This document shows positions 1 through 12,600 of a stretch of 38,089 bases of DNA, piece after piece (within the stretch, counting starts at the first letter, position 1; each line of letters opens with the position of its first letter). Under the pieces are notes generated by a model that was given only the letters and a program-made list of their open reading frames with translations, was not told where the DNA came from and searched no databases. Source of the stretch: Chrysochromulina tobinii (taxonomy: Eukaryota); assembly GCA_001275005.1 (NCBI GenBank), contig JWZX01002616.1, positions 1 through 38,089 on the forward strand, given 5' to 3'. A program made the position numbers and the translations under genes.

Positions 1-362
1 GCCCCCAGCGCTCCTTGCAAACCCAGGATTCCGAAATTCCCGATTCCACTTCCGGCCCCCAGCGCTTATTTGCAAACTCGCTATACCTATACCTTGGCTC
101 AGATTCCAAATTCCAATCCTGGCCCCAAGGCCCCCAAGGCCAAGAGGTTTAGGATTCCGAGAGTCCGAAGGTTGAAATTACATTTCCCCCCCTGTAATGT
201 CACACAACCAGTCAAACACGCGACCAAGATTGAAAGAAGTTGAAATTTGCAGCCTCAAGTCTGTGACCCGTGCGGAATGCTTACCGTTGCTTCTAGGCTA
301 AACACACAGTCAAAGCCAAGAGGCTAAACACACAGTTTTCGACGACCACATGTCAGCGCCCA

Positions 363-1406
363 TCATACCGCAAGTTTGAGGAGCTCGGCAAAGAAGGTGC
401 TAGCACCGTGGACACAGACCAAGTTGCTCCATCGGTGAATCTCCATCTCCTCCCGCCAGCAAGGCGGGGACACGGGCACCAGGCCAAATTTGCCTTGCAT
501 GAAGCAAAACCACCCAACATCTGCCATCCATTGAAGGGTCTGCGCGAGCGTGCGCCGGTCTTTCAAGCCTTGTTTCCAAAAGCCCATTGCGCTGTACTCG
601 AACTCGACGACCTGCACAATTTGAGATCGCAGCGACCGCCGCAAGCCTTCGAGCACGAGTGCGTCCCAACCCTCGGTGTCAATCGTCACCTGAAACACGT
701 GGCCGAACCCGCGCTGCTCAATGAAGTCGTCGAGGCTCGTAGCTAGAGTCGGAAGACGGCCGCGTCTTCTGCAACTGTCGCCGCGCTTGCCAATGGCTCG
801 ACTCTCAGGAGCATGGCAGATGGAAAATCTCTCGTTTCCAGGCGCGGTGGCCACCAGCGGGACGTCGACCATCCTTGTGGAGTTGTCTACGGGACGGTTG
901 TAGACATGGACAATGTCCGAAACTCCTGTGTCATTTACGATCGTTTCGAGCAGGTGAGCCGTGCTGGCAGCGAGCTCGAAAGCATGGATCTCGACGTGAT
1001 TTCCTCCCCGCGCATTCATACGGCTCCGGCGCTCCTCTTGTTTGGTCTGTAGCCCATCTTTGCATGCTCCGGAAGCACTCCAACTGAGAAACCCGAGATG
1101 GTGAGCCGCAGCAAAGGCCTTGATTTGGCTATGCCATCTTCGTTTGCTGACGTTGCGCTCTGGGGCCCATGCTTCGAGGAAGCCCGCAACCTCGAAGCCT
1201 TTATTTGCCCCCGCATTTATGAAGCGAACGGGTTGATTCTGAACTGCTGCAGCTGCAATGACAGAGCGCCACGTCTCGTTCTTGGAGCAGCCTCCGACGC
1301 GCCTTGTGCTACGCACATGTGCCCTGGCTTGAGAAGAGCAGACAGTGGGTGACACGTGCAAAGACGCACTTGTTGCGCACAGGATGCCGACCGCAGGACA
1401 CAGCAT
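363..1406 (-). CDS. FkbM-family (Methyltransf_21) SAM-dependent methyltransferase, intronless, probable N-terminal signal/anchor
   Basis: 347-aa ORF with FkbM motifs: INAGANKG (SAM-binding GxNxG), HAFE, SLDDF, IDTEGWDALVLEG (IDxEG), VEFEY. Confidence 0.85.
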   Translation of the reverse strand: MLCPAVGILCATSASLHVSPTVCSSQARAHVRSTRRVGGCSKNETWRSVIAAAAVQNQPVRFINAGANKGFEVAGFLEAWAPERNVSKRRWHSQIKAFAAAHHLGFLSWSASGACKDGLQTKQEERRSRMNARGGNHVEIHAFELAASTAHLLETIVNDTGVSDIVHVYNRPVDNSTRMVDVPLVATAPGNERFSICHAPESRAIGKRGDSCRRRGRLPTLATSLDDFIEQRGFGHVFQVTIDTEGWDALVLEGLRRSLRSQIVQVVEFEYSAMGFWKQGLKDRRTLAQTLQWMADVGWFCFMQGKFGLVPVSPPCWREEMEIHRWSNLVCVHGASTFFAELLKLAV

Positions 1407-1992
1407 CTATTGATGACGGAACAGCGAATGCAGAAACGTCTGCCACACTGAGCTGGCAGAAGAGACTATAGCAGAGCCGCTGCGCGCCAGAGGCAGGAGA
1501 GAGCAGCGACAGAAGCGGAGGTCGCGCACGAAAGCGGAGGTCGCGTCCTTAGCGCCTGCCATGGCGACGAGTGAAGTTTGAGTCGTACCGGTAAAGGGTG
1601 CCGTGGGGCGCATCGTCTCACGCCCGCGACGCAACCATACCTCTGAGCACGCCCCCCTAACTTCATCGTTACTTTATCGCCACGCTCTGTATGCTTGGAC
1701 TCACCTCCCATTGCCACGTGTGCGTTGCTGTAAGGCGTGCCAACTTCGAGCTAGCGAGGCGCCACCCGCGGGCGGTCTGCCTGTGTCGATCCCATGGCCG
1801 AACCAACTACCGAGTACGTGCCGGGTTCTGGGTATTACACCGCCTCGTGGCACAATCGCGTTTTAATTTATAGGCGTTCTTTGCGCATGCATGCATGATG
1901 AGTTAGGAACGGAGAATTCCTAACCGTTGCATTTCCAGGGTGTTCGAAGAGGCTGTAGCGCGCTCGCTCCCAACGTCGTGACGGGAGTGTTC

Positions 1993-4900
1993 ATGTTCCA
2001 TGCAATACCGAATGCCTTGGACCGCCGTCGCTTGCTCGACGAGCCGCAGCTGCCATCGGCAGAAGCGCTCGAGCAGTGGTGGCCCGAGCCCGAGCGCGAG
2101 AAGTTCAGTATCCTCGTGCCATTTGGCGGCGCGAGGCCTCGGGAAGCCTCGGGAGCCCTCGGCACGAGGCGAGAGGTGCCGCCCGCCAACCGCTCGAGTG
2201 ACATGCAGAGCTTCTTGCCTAGGCCCATGACCAGCTTCGTCCGGCCAGCGTCGATGCGCCACATCGCGTCCGAGCCGTCGCTCGACTATCGTCGACCGTC
2301 GATCTCCGCTCCGGCGCAGCAGCAGCCCTCTCCCGAGGCGGAGGCGCTCGGGTTCGGCTTGCCTCATAAGGAGTCCCCCAAGGCGGGCACGCTCGGGCTT
2401 GGCTTGCAGCTCACGCCGCTGCAGACCATGCTCATTGCGCGCGATTCCACAAGATGCCTCCTCAATCAGGAAAGAAGCCTCGTCAATCAGGAAAGAAGCT
2501 TCGTCAATCAGGAAAGAAGCCTCGTGAAGAGCGCCTCCACACGAACGACCAACGGCGACCTGAGCTCACGACCGGCGACGGGCCTCTCGGCAAGCGCGTC
2601 CAGCCCACGCATCCGCCCCCCAGCCCCCCTCGGCGGCCACCCCAGTGGCCCCCGACCAAGGGTAGGGGGCGCGGGCAGTGGGGCTGTGGGGAAGGGCAGT
2701 GGGGCTGTGGGGAAAGGCAGTGGGGCTGTGGGGAAAGGCAGTGGGGCTGTCGCCGCACGCGGGCCGAGGACGCACCCAAATCCTCTCGAGGATCGCGCCG
2801 TCTTGGGCGGGCCGAGGACGCACCCAAATCCTCTCGAGGATCGCGCCGTCTTGGGCGGGCCGAGGACGCACCCAAATCCTCTCGAGGATCGCGCCGTCTT
2901 GGGCGGGCCGAGGACGCACCCAAATCCTCTCGAGGATCGCGCCGTCTTGGGCGGGTCGGGCGGCGGCGGCCGGGAGGGTGGCGGCGGGGAGGGTGGCGGC
3001 GGCGGCGGCGGCGGCGAGGGCGGCATCCTCTCGCTGTGGCAGAACCAAGCGCCTCGTCAAGCCAACTCGCCCAGCACGGCGCCTCAAGTGCCTCGTCAAG
3101 CCAACTCGCCCAGCACGGCGCCCAGCTCGAAGCTGCTGCCCAGGCCCCTGCTCGTCGGTGGTCGGGATCCGAGTCGCTCAGAGGATGCCCTCGGACAGGT
3201 CGAGACGCATGCAATGACCTCTGATGACCTCTAATGACCTCTGATGAACTCCCTCGGACAGGTCGAGACGCATGCAATGACCTCTGATGACCTCTGATGA
3301 CCTCTGATGACCTCTGATGACCTCTGATGACCTCTGATGCCCCCTGGTGACCTCTGATGACCTCTGATGCCCCCTGGTGACCTCTGATGACCTCTGATGA
3401 CCTCTGATGACCTCTGATGACCTCTGATGACCTCTGATTGCCTCCCTCATCAGTTGGTGCTCCAGATGGACCCGACCGAACTCGAGATGCACCTGATGAC
3501 CTCTGATGACCTCTGATGACCTCTGATGACCTCGGATGCCCCCTGGTGACCTCGGATGCCCCCTGGTGACCTCGGATGCCCCCTGGTGACCTCGGATGCC
3601 CCCTGGTGACCTCGGATGCCCCCTGGTGACCTCGGATGCCCTCTAAACGACCTCTGATGACCCTTGATGACCCCTGATGACAATGACCTCTAATGACCTC
3701 TGATGGCATCCCTTGGACACAACAGGTCGACACACATGCGATGCCCATGGCAGAGGCGGAGGGCAACCCGTTCGCCAACCGGCTCGCTATTGCTCATCAT
3801 CGGAGCCACCAGGTGAGATGGCGCTTGATGACGCCCACGACGGCGCTCGATCGCACCTGTGATCGCCTCTGATGGCCTCTGATGGCCTCCCTCACCATCG
3901 GAGCCACCAGGTGAGATGGCGCTTGATGACGCCCACGACGGCGCTCGATCGCACCTGTGATCGCCTCTGATGGCCTCTGATGGCCTCCCTCACCATCGGA
4001 GCCACCAGGTGAGATGGCGCTTGATGGCGCCCACGACGGCGCTCGGTCGCACCTGTGATGGCCTCTGATGGCCTCCCTCATCAGCGACGCGCGTGCCACG
4101 TGTCCTTGTCGCAGCTCGAGGCGCTTGAGATCTCGTCCCGATTAAGCCACTGGATGCATGCATTCGAGAGTGACGAATCCTGCTTCGCATCCAAGGCTGT
4201 CTTTGTGGAATTGCGCCTCCGGTGATGATCTCTCTGATTGCCTCTCTGATTGCGTCCCTCATCACTGTATTTGTGAAATTGCGCCTCAGGCGAGCGCTCG
4301 CCGTTTCCGCCATGCTGGGCATCTCCACTGATTGCTACCTGATTGCATCCTTCTTCAGGCAAGCGCTCGCCTCCTCTGCCATGCTGGGCGTACCGAACGC
4401 CTTCCGCTGCGCCGTCGCGTGCGACGCGTTCGAGCGCGTGGCGCCGCTCACCGGCCGGTTTGAAGGAGTGCTCGGTCTGGTTTGGCGCGAGATTGTGCGT
4501 TGCTTGTACAGCGACTATACGCCGGAGCTGCCCGGCGCGGGCGCGAAGGTGTATGCGATGCGCACGCCCTTCTTCGTTGAGGCGCGGCGGCTGCAGCAGA
4601 TGGTCGACGAGCTGCGCGTTCAGGTGATTGCACTTGATTGCAATTGATTGCACTTGATTGCAGCATATGGTCGACGAGATGCGCGTTCAGGTGACTGCAC
4701 TTGATTGCAATTGATTGCACTTGATTGCAGCATATGGTCGACGAGATGCGCGTTCAGGTGATTGCACCCGATTGACGCTGATTGATATGACCACTGATGG
4801 CCACTGATGGCCACTGATGGCCACTGATGGCCACTGATGGCCACTGATTGTATCCCTCATTGCATGCACAGGCGACGCTTGACTCGCAGAAGCGCGAGGC

Positions 4901-6571
4901 CGACACGGACGCCGCTGACCAGAAGGGCAGGCTGCTCAGCAAGACGCTCGGCAAGATGAATCGCGTGCTCGGCATCTCGCAGGGGATGAGTGAGGTGAGA
5001 TTGCAGTGAGATTGCAGTGAGATTGCACTTGATGAACCGCGTGCTCGGCATCTCGCAGGGGATGAGTGAGGTGAGATTGCAGTGAGATTGCACTTGATTG
5101 CACGGTATCTCGCAGCGGATTAGGGAGGTCGAGATTGTGAAGCTCGAAGCTCACCTATACGACGCGTTTGACGAAGCTCATCTCCGAGCTCGAATCTCGC
5201 CTGATACCGTAGGTCGAGATTGTGAAGCTCAAGATGGAGGGCCTCGAGAAGCTGCTGGCCGAGGCCCTCGCCGAGCTCGAATCCCACAAGGTGTGTGCTG
5301 ATTGGCCTCTGATGGCGCGTTTGACGGAGCGCACCGCCGAGCTCGAATCTCGCCTGATGACGTTTGACGGAGCGCATCGCCGAGCTCGATTCTCGCCTCC
5401 AGACGGGCGACAAGCTCGACAAGCTCGTCCGCCTGTGGATGCAGCTGAGCACGGAGCAGCAGGTGATGACCTCTAATGACCTCTAATGACCTCTAATGAC
5501 TTCTGATGACCTCTGATGACCTCTAATGACCTCTGATGACCTCTAATGACCTCTGATGGCATCCCTTGGAGCGGCAGGAGGAGGCGCTCACTGTTCACTT
5601 GCTCACCTCGCCCTCGATGTCGAGCTGTATGACGGGGCGGCTGACGGACGAGGTGGACGCAGATTGGGACCCAGATTGGAACCAGATTGGAAACAGATTG
5701 TACCCAGATTAGACCCAGATTGGAAACCATCTTTGGCAACCACGGATGGCGCCTCTGCATGCGCCTCTTGAGTTGATGAGGGAGGCAATCATCAAACGTC
5801 GCCTCCGAGTGCGAGGTTGAACCACGGGACAGCTGATGATTGCCTCCCTCATTGCATACAGGTGGGCGGCTGGCTCCATCATCTGCTCTCGGGGCTGACG
5901 GAGGTGTCCGAGCAGGAGCCTTCATTAGGGACGCAATCAGGGAGCAATCAGGACGCGACGCCTTCTCGTGTGGTCCTCTACTTACTGAGTACCCTGAGCG
6001 ATGAGTGCCGGCTCGCACTAGCCGCCAAGGTGCCTTGATGGGGCCACTGATTGCCTCCCTAATGGCTACCTAATTGCCTCCCTACGTGCCTCTCTAATTG
6101 CATGCATCCCTGATTGCCTCCCTAATTTCCACCCTCATTGCATGCAGGTTCTCACCGACTGCCACGAGCCGCGGCTCGTTGGTTTCACACTGGGCTCTGT
6201 GTTGGCCGCGCATGCATCCGTTGGACGGCACGTGCTAATGATCCAGAGTCTGGGCGAGCGGCTGCATGTGTAAACATGCACACGCCCTGAATATCCCGCC
6301 GTAGAGATAAGAGTGCCGCTGATGTAGATCTGATGGCCTCCTTCATCAGTGATGGATTGGCGCTGAGTGCCGCTGAGTGGATCGATCTGATGTTAGATCT
6401 GATGGCCTCCTTCATCAGGTATGAAGACGAGGACTACACACCGCCGTATGATGATCCGAAGGCCGTGAGTGACTTCGCAGCGCTGGTACGGCTTCGAAAC
6501 GGATGAGCCGCCTTGCATGCACGTGCTCACCACGGCGCGGCGTCCCCACAGGTGGGGCTTCGACACGTCTT

Positions 6572-6611
<40 letters not shown>

Positions 6612-9600
6612 CACAAGTCCGCAACGCGCCCGAGTGCGGCAGAGACGGAGGCGGCGGCGGAGGCGGCGGCATCTACACGCAAAGAGTCCGCGGCGGTGCA
6701 AGCTCGCGTGGCCGAGCTCAAGCGTAAGCAGCAGGCTGGAGAGCTCTCCGCGGACGAGATGGCGGAGCTTGCCGCCTCTCAGACAAAATTGACGCAACTG
6801 GAGGCGCAGGCGCAGCGGCTGGAGGCGGTGGCGGCGGCGGGCGCGGCGGGGGCGGGGGACGATCTGTTGGAAGGGTCTGATGCAGAAGCGGAGGCGGTGG
6901 CTGTCAAGGAACGGAATTGCACTTGATTGCACTTGATTGCACTTGATTGCACTTGATTGCAGAAGCGGAGGCGGAGGCTGTCAAGGAACGGATCTCAGAG
7001 CTCACAAAATCTCCGTTGATTGCTACGGATGGGCCGCCTTGCATGCAAGCGCTCACCACGGCGCGGCGACACCGCAGGAACGGATCTCCGAGCTCAAGCG
7101 ACGGCAGGTGTCCGGTGAGCTCTCGGACGCGGAGAAGGCCGAGCTCACGAAGAGTGAAGCGAAGTTGGGCAGGCTCGAGGCCGCGATGAGCAGTGCGGAG
7201 GGAGGTGGTACGTTGATTGCTACGGATGGGTCGCCTAGGGTCGCCTTGCATGCAAGTGCTCACCACGGCGCGACCCTCCCCCTTTCCCACAGGTGGGGTA
7301 CCTTCGGATCCGGCGGCGGCGGCGGCGGAGGCGGCGGCGATCGCGGCGCGGCTGGCCGAGCTCAAGCGCAAGCAGGAGGCCGGCGAGCTGACGGATGCGG
7401 AGATGGCCGAATTAGGCAAGGCCGAGCGCCGGCTCGCGACGCTTGACGAGGCGCAGGCGAGCTGCGATCTGATTGCGATCTGATTGCGATCTGATTGCGA
7501 GCTCACTGCGAGCTCACTGCGATCTCATCTGAGGATTGCGACGGATGGCCCCTCTGATGGCTCCGCTGATGGTCGCTGATTGGAATCCGAGTGCGCCCCT
7601 TCCTAATTAGGCGAGCCGCGATCGGGTTGACGAGCTCCAGAAGAAGAAGGCGTCGGGCAAGCTCAGTAAGGCGGAGAAGGCGGAGCTGGCCAAAGAAGAG
7701 GCGAGGTTGGCGGAGCTGCAGGCGAGATACCAATGAATCATGATGACCTCTGATGACCTCTGATGGCCAAAGAAGAGGCGAGGTTGGCGGAGCTGCAGGC
7801 GAGATGCCAAAGAGTGTGGCTGATTGCTCCCTGCGTGTGGCTGATTGCTCCGCTGTGGGCGCGGAGTCACGCAGGGGAGTGGCTGATTGCCACTGAGTGC
7901 CACTGAGTGCCACTGAGTGCGCCGCGGTGTGAGCGCGGAGCCATGCAGGGCGGCGGCAAGGGTGGCAAGAAGGGAGGCAAGGATGGCGACGACGGGGCGG
8001 CGATGGCCAAGCGTCTGACCGAGATGGAGAAGAGGCATGCGAAGGAGATGGAGGAGGCCGAGCGCCGGATGAATGAGCTCATCAGCAAGCTCATGGACCC
8101 CAATCTGAGTGACGCAGATCGGCGGGCGCTCCTTGATGGAGAGAAGGATCGTCAAGCGAAGGCGAGTGGAGAGCGGCAGGCCAAGCTGGAGGCGATGGAG
8201 AAGGCGGCCAAGGGAGGCAAGGTGTGCGGCTGATGGGCACTGATTTCGGCTGATTGGCATTGAGTGCTGCTAATGGGCACTGATTGCGGCTGAAGGCGTG
8301 CCGTGTTTGTCATTTTTGGTCGTTGATTGCCGTTGCTGGCTACGTATGGGTCATGCGTATGGGCAGGTGTCCAAAGCGGAGGCTGATGACCTCTGATGAC
8401 CTATGATGACCTCTGATGACCTCTGATGACCTCCGATGGGCATGTGTCCAAAGCGGAGGCTGATGACCTCTGATGACCTATGATGACCTCTGATGACCTC
8501 CGATGACCTCCGATGGGCATGTGTCCAAAGCGGAGGCTGATGACCTCTGATGACCTCTGATGCTCTCTGATGACCTCCGATGACCTCCGATGGGCATGTG
8601 TCCAAAGCAGAGGCTGATGACCTCTGATGACCTCTGATGATCTCCGATGACCTCCGATGACCTCCGATGGGCAGGTGTCCAAAGCGGAGGCTGATGCGGC
8701 CGAGAAGGAGGCGAAGGCGGTCAAATCTCGAATGGCCGAGCTCAAGCGTAAGCAGCAGGCCGGAGAGCTCACCGACGAGGAGAAGGCGGAGCTTCGGTGT
8801 GAATGCAGCTGATTGCCGCTGATGAACTTGATTGCTGATGATGACATTGAGAGCTCACAGAGAAGTAGCTTCGGTGTGAATGCAGCCTCCAGAACTCCTT
8901 TGTTGAGCTTGATGATCACTGATGACGATGGATTGCTGTAGACGGCGACGGATTGCGCCGGAGTGCATCTGATTGGCACCGATTGCGTCTGATGGCTCTT
9001 TTCATATTCTCTCTCTCTCTCTCTCGCAGCCAATCGGAGTCGAAGCTCGCGGATCTCGAGGAGACAGTGGCTGCGGGCAAGAGCGGCGGCAAGCGCAAGG
9101 GCGGGGGCAAGGGCGGGGGCGGCGGCGGCGGCGGCGGCCCTTCGGTCAACGAGTTTGGGATTGAGGTGGTCGAGGTTGGGTGCCAAGCTGGGCAGCCTAT
9201 GCTTGGGAGTGGCGGTGGCGGCGGCGGCGGGCAGCTGGGCCTGATTTGGGTCGAAGTGGGCAACCTGCCACCGGCGGGTGGCACCGAGTTGAGTCATGCG
9301 AAGCTCTCGCACGCTGTGAAGACCAAGCACCATGAGCACGGGAAGGTGAACTTCACACCTGAGGAGCTGGGGGCGATGGGCGCGGACGAGATTCGTCGAG
9401 ATCAGTTCGTCAAGAGCGTGGGCGAGGGGGGTGTCATCACCTACTTCATGCCAGGTGAGTGCCATCTGAGTGTGCTCTCTGAATGTGCCATCTGAATATG
9501 CATCTGATTGCATACTGATTGCATGCTGATTGCATGCTGATTGCATGCTGATTGCATGCTGATTGCATGCTGATTGCCTCAAATCGCATCGGATTGCTTG

Positions 9601-12600
9601 TGATGGCCTCCATCATCAGGCAATCCGCCGCCGGCGCGCTCCACCAAACTGCCCGAGAGTGCGATGACCTCGCTCGGCGAGATTCGGTTCGGGCGCAAGG
9701 ACATCCAAGCGATGAATGTGCTCATGTGCCGCAAGCTCGTCGCAGCGCTCTACCAGGTGCGAAGATGGCTTCCCAGCAGGCCTCCCTAATTGCCTCTCGC
9801 ATCACGTTCGGCTGTGCTTGATTGCGTCCCTCATCTCTGAGTGCCTCCCTAATTGCCTCTCTCATCAGGTCAAGACCGATATGGATCAGAAGGCAGAGCC
9901 AAGCAAGTTTCGTCAGAGCTTCGCCTCGTTCGTGCCCGACCAGTTCGTCCAGCTGTACGGCAAAGGTGAGTGTGGCTGATTGCTCCCTGATTGTGGTTGA
10001 TTGTGGCTGAGTGCTCCCTGCGTGTGGCTGTACGGCAAAGGCGGCTCGATCGCGCTCGAAAAGTTCAGCCAGTTTGCGTACGGCGTGCGTGAGAACCGCA
10101 TCCGTCTCAACGCCAAGGAGGAGAAGGAGGTGAGGGCCTCCCTGTGAAGACCTCTCTGATTGCCTCTGATGACCACCGATGAGGAACATGCGCGCGCCAT
10201 ATTCGTCTCTGATTGCGTCCCTGATTGCGTCCCTCATCAGGACGAGCCCATCCTCTACTTCTTCTTGATTGCGTCCCTGATTGCGTCCCTGATTGCGTCC
10301 CTCATCAGGACGAGCCAATCCTCTACTTCTTCTGGCGTGCGTGTCACCACGGCGTGCCACTCGACGAAAGGTGCGATGACCTCTGATGACCTCTGATGAC
10401 CTCTGATGAACCGTGATTGCGCCCCTCGACGAAAGGTGCGATGATCTCAGCTTCATCTGAGCGGAGTGCGCCTGATTGCGCCTGATGGACTTCCTCATCA
10501 GCTCACCGTGCCACCACGGCGCGCCTCTTGATGAAAGGTTGCCTCATGAGGACTTCGATTTCTTCATCGAGCTGCTCGGCATACTGGCGGAGACTGCGGC
10601 GGGGGAGCACACTCTCAACCTGGCGGGCATCGGCGCGTTCTGGAACATGTTCGGCTCGATGGCTGAGATCCAATTACCGGCGTTCGTGTACATCCAGGTG
10701 TGATGATTGCCTCTGATTGCGATCCAATTACCGGCGTTCGTGTACATCCAGGTGTGCTGATTGCCTCTGATTGCGATCCACAATTACCGGCATTCGTGTA
10801 CATCCAGGTGTGCTGATTGCCTCTGATTGCGATCCAATTACCGGCATTCGTGTACATCCAGGTGTGATGATTGCCTCTGATTGCGATCCAATTACCGGCA
10901 TTCGTGTACATCCAGGTGTGATGATTGCCTCTGATTGCGATCCAATTACCGGCGTTCGTGTACATCCATGTGTGATGATTGCCTGTGATTGCCTATCCAA
11001 TTACCCGCGTTCGTGTACATCTAGGTGTGATGATTGCCTCTGATTGCCTTGAACGACCTCTCTGATGACCTCTCTGCTGGCCTCTCTGGTGGCCTCTCTG
11101 ATGACCTCTCGAATGGCCCTCTGATGGCCTCTGATGACCTCTGATGGCCGCGAGCTATTGAGCGCCGAGACACTGATGGCCGCGAGACACTGGCCGACTT
11201 CGGGTGTTCACATTCACAGGCCCTCGAGCGTCGCTTCCGAGAAAATGCATCGATCGAGCCCGAGATGCCCAACACGGCGCACCCGGAGTTGCTCTCTCGG
11301 CTGAAGAAGATCACGCTGGCGAGCTGCGCCAAATTTTGGAGCGACTCGAAGCTGACCGGCCGCCGGGCGATGCTGCCTGCGCCCAAGTACAAGCCCGAGC
11401 TGCTTGGTGCACATGGGGTGCGATGAGCTCTGATGAGCTCTGATGACCCCTGATGAGCTCCGAGTGCCTCTGATTGCCCCTGATGACCAGTGATGACCTC
11501 TGACGACCTCTGAGTGCCTCTAATTGCGAGCGCACAATGACTTATGATGACTTATGATGACCCCTGATGACCCCTGATGATCTGAGATACCGGTGAGATT
11601 GGCGCCCCTCTCTGTCGCCACGTTCACCCTCATGCCTGTGAACGACCGCCTGTGAACGACTGCCTGTGAACGACTGGCCTGTGAACGACCGCCTGTGACT
11701 CTTGCGTGTGGGCAGTTGCGCATCGGCTTCCTGCCAGTCGAGACCTTCTTAGCGCAATGCCTCGAGGGAATGCATGCACAGCACGCCAAGGATGCCACCA
11801 TGCTCGACAGTCTCTGGCGAGGATGGGTTGACGAAGCTGGCGAGGTGAGATCTCGTCCACAGCCCTTCCCCCTCCCTCCGCCTTATCCCCCCTAAGCACT
11901 CCCTACTTGCGACCTCTAATTGCCTCTAATTGCCTCTAAAATTGCCTCCCTAATTGCCTCCCTAATCACTTCATACAGGCGACCTTCGACGTCTTCGCCG
12001 ATATGCTCGAGGCCGCCGCGCCGCAATTGACGGAGCCCGAGATGCAGGCGCTCTACCAGCGGGCAATCAGCGGCGACGAGGCCGGCGTCGTCTCGATGGC
12101 GTTGATCGAAGCGAACTTGCGGAAGCAGAGGATCACAATCAAGCATCACCCGAATCGCATGCCGCCGCCGCCACCGCCGCCGCCCAAGGGGGCGCCCGCT
12201 ACGGCGCCGCCCAAGGGAGCGCGAGCGTCGACGCCGCCGCCACCCGCCGAGATCGCGTACGAGATTGCATCCGAGATTGCTGAGATCGAGAGCTCCGCTG
12301 AGGGCTCTACAGGTGCATTGGCGGCTGGTTCGGAAGGGGGGTGGAAGACAGTTGGTAAGGGCGCCAACACGCTGTGGAAGGTGCGTGAGGCCTCTCTGAT
12401 GGCCCTTTTGATGGCCTCACCGATGTCCCCTTTCTGATTGCAACTCTCTGGCCCTGTGTCAGGGTTCGTCACCTTCTGATTGCCTCTGATTGCCTCTCTC
12501 TGGCCCTGTGTCAGGGTTCGTCAGCTTCTGATTGCCTCTGATTGCCTCTCTCTGGCCCTGTGTCAGGGTTCGTCACCTTCTGATGGCCTCTGATTGCCTC

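Noticed and set aside
1..200. Short repeats (GCCCCCAGCGCT..TTGCAAAC x2, GGATTCCGA) ending in CCCCCCCTGTAA, possibly a transposon end
   Set aside because: No matching second terminus or target-site duplication is visible in the window.
1927..1992. ORF-track non-ATG starts (also 20452, 31395)
   Set aside because: Eukaryotic context; downstream ATGs at 1993, 20512 and 31587 were used instead.
2504..4328. Long minus-strand ORFs with IRGHQRSSEV-type repeats (also 8401-9582, 17858-18586, 21689-22101, and plus-strand 23494-25943)
   Set aside because: Antisense translations of the satellites, which have stops mainly on the sense strand; they overlap well-supported genes on the other strand.
10351..10362. 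Exonic CACCACGGCG (nearby, ~10345-10354) matching the cassette B core
   Set aside because: Encodes CHHG within a plausible exon, lacks the rest of the cassette, and a short match is likely by chance in GC-rich DNA.
10666..11040. CRISPR-like regularly spaced repeats (also 30944-31190, 25530-25800)
   Set aside because: Whole units are near-identical with no unique spacers, there are no cas genes, and the context is eukaryotic introns.
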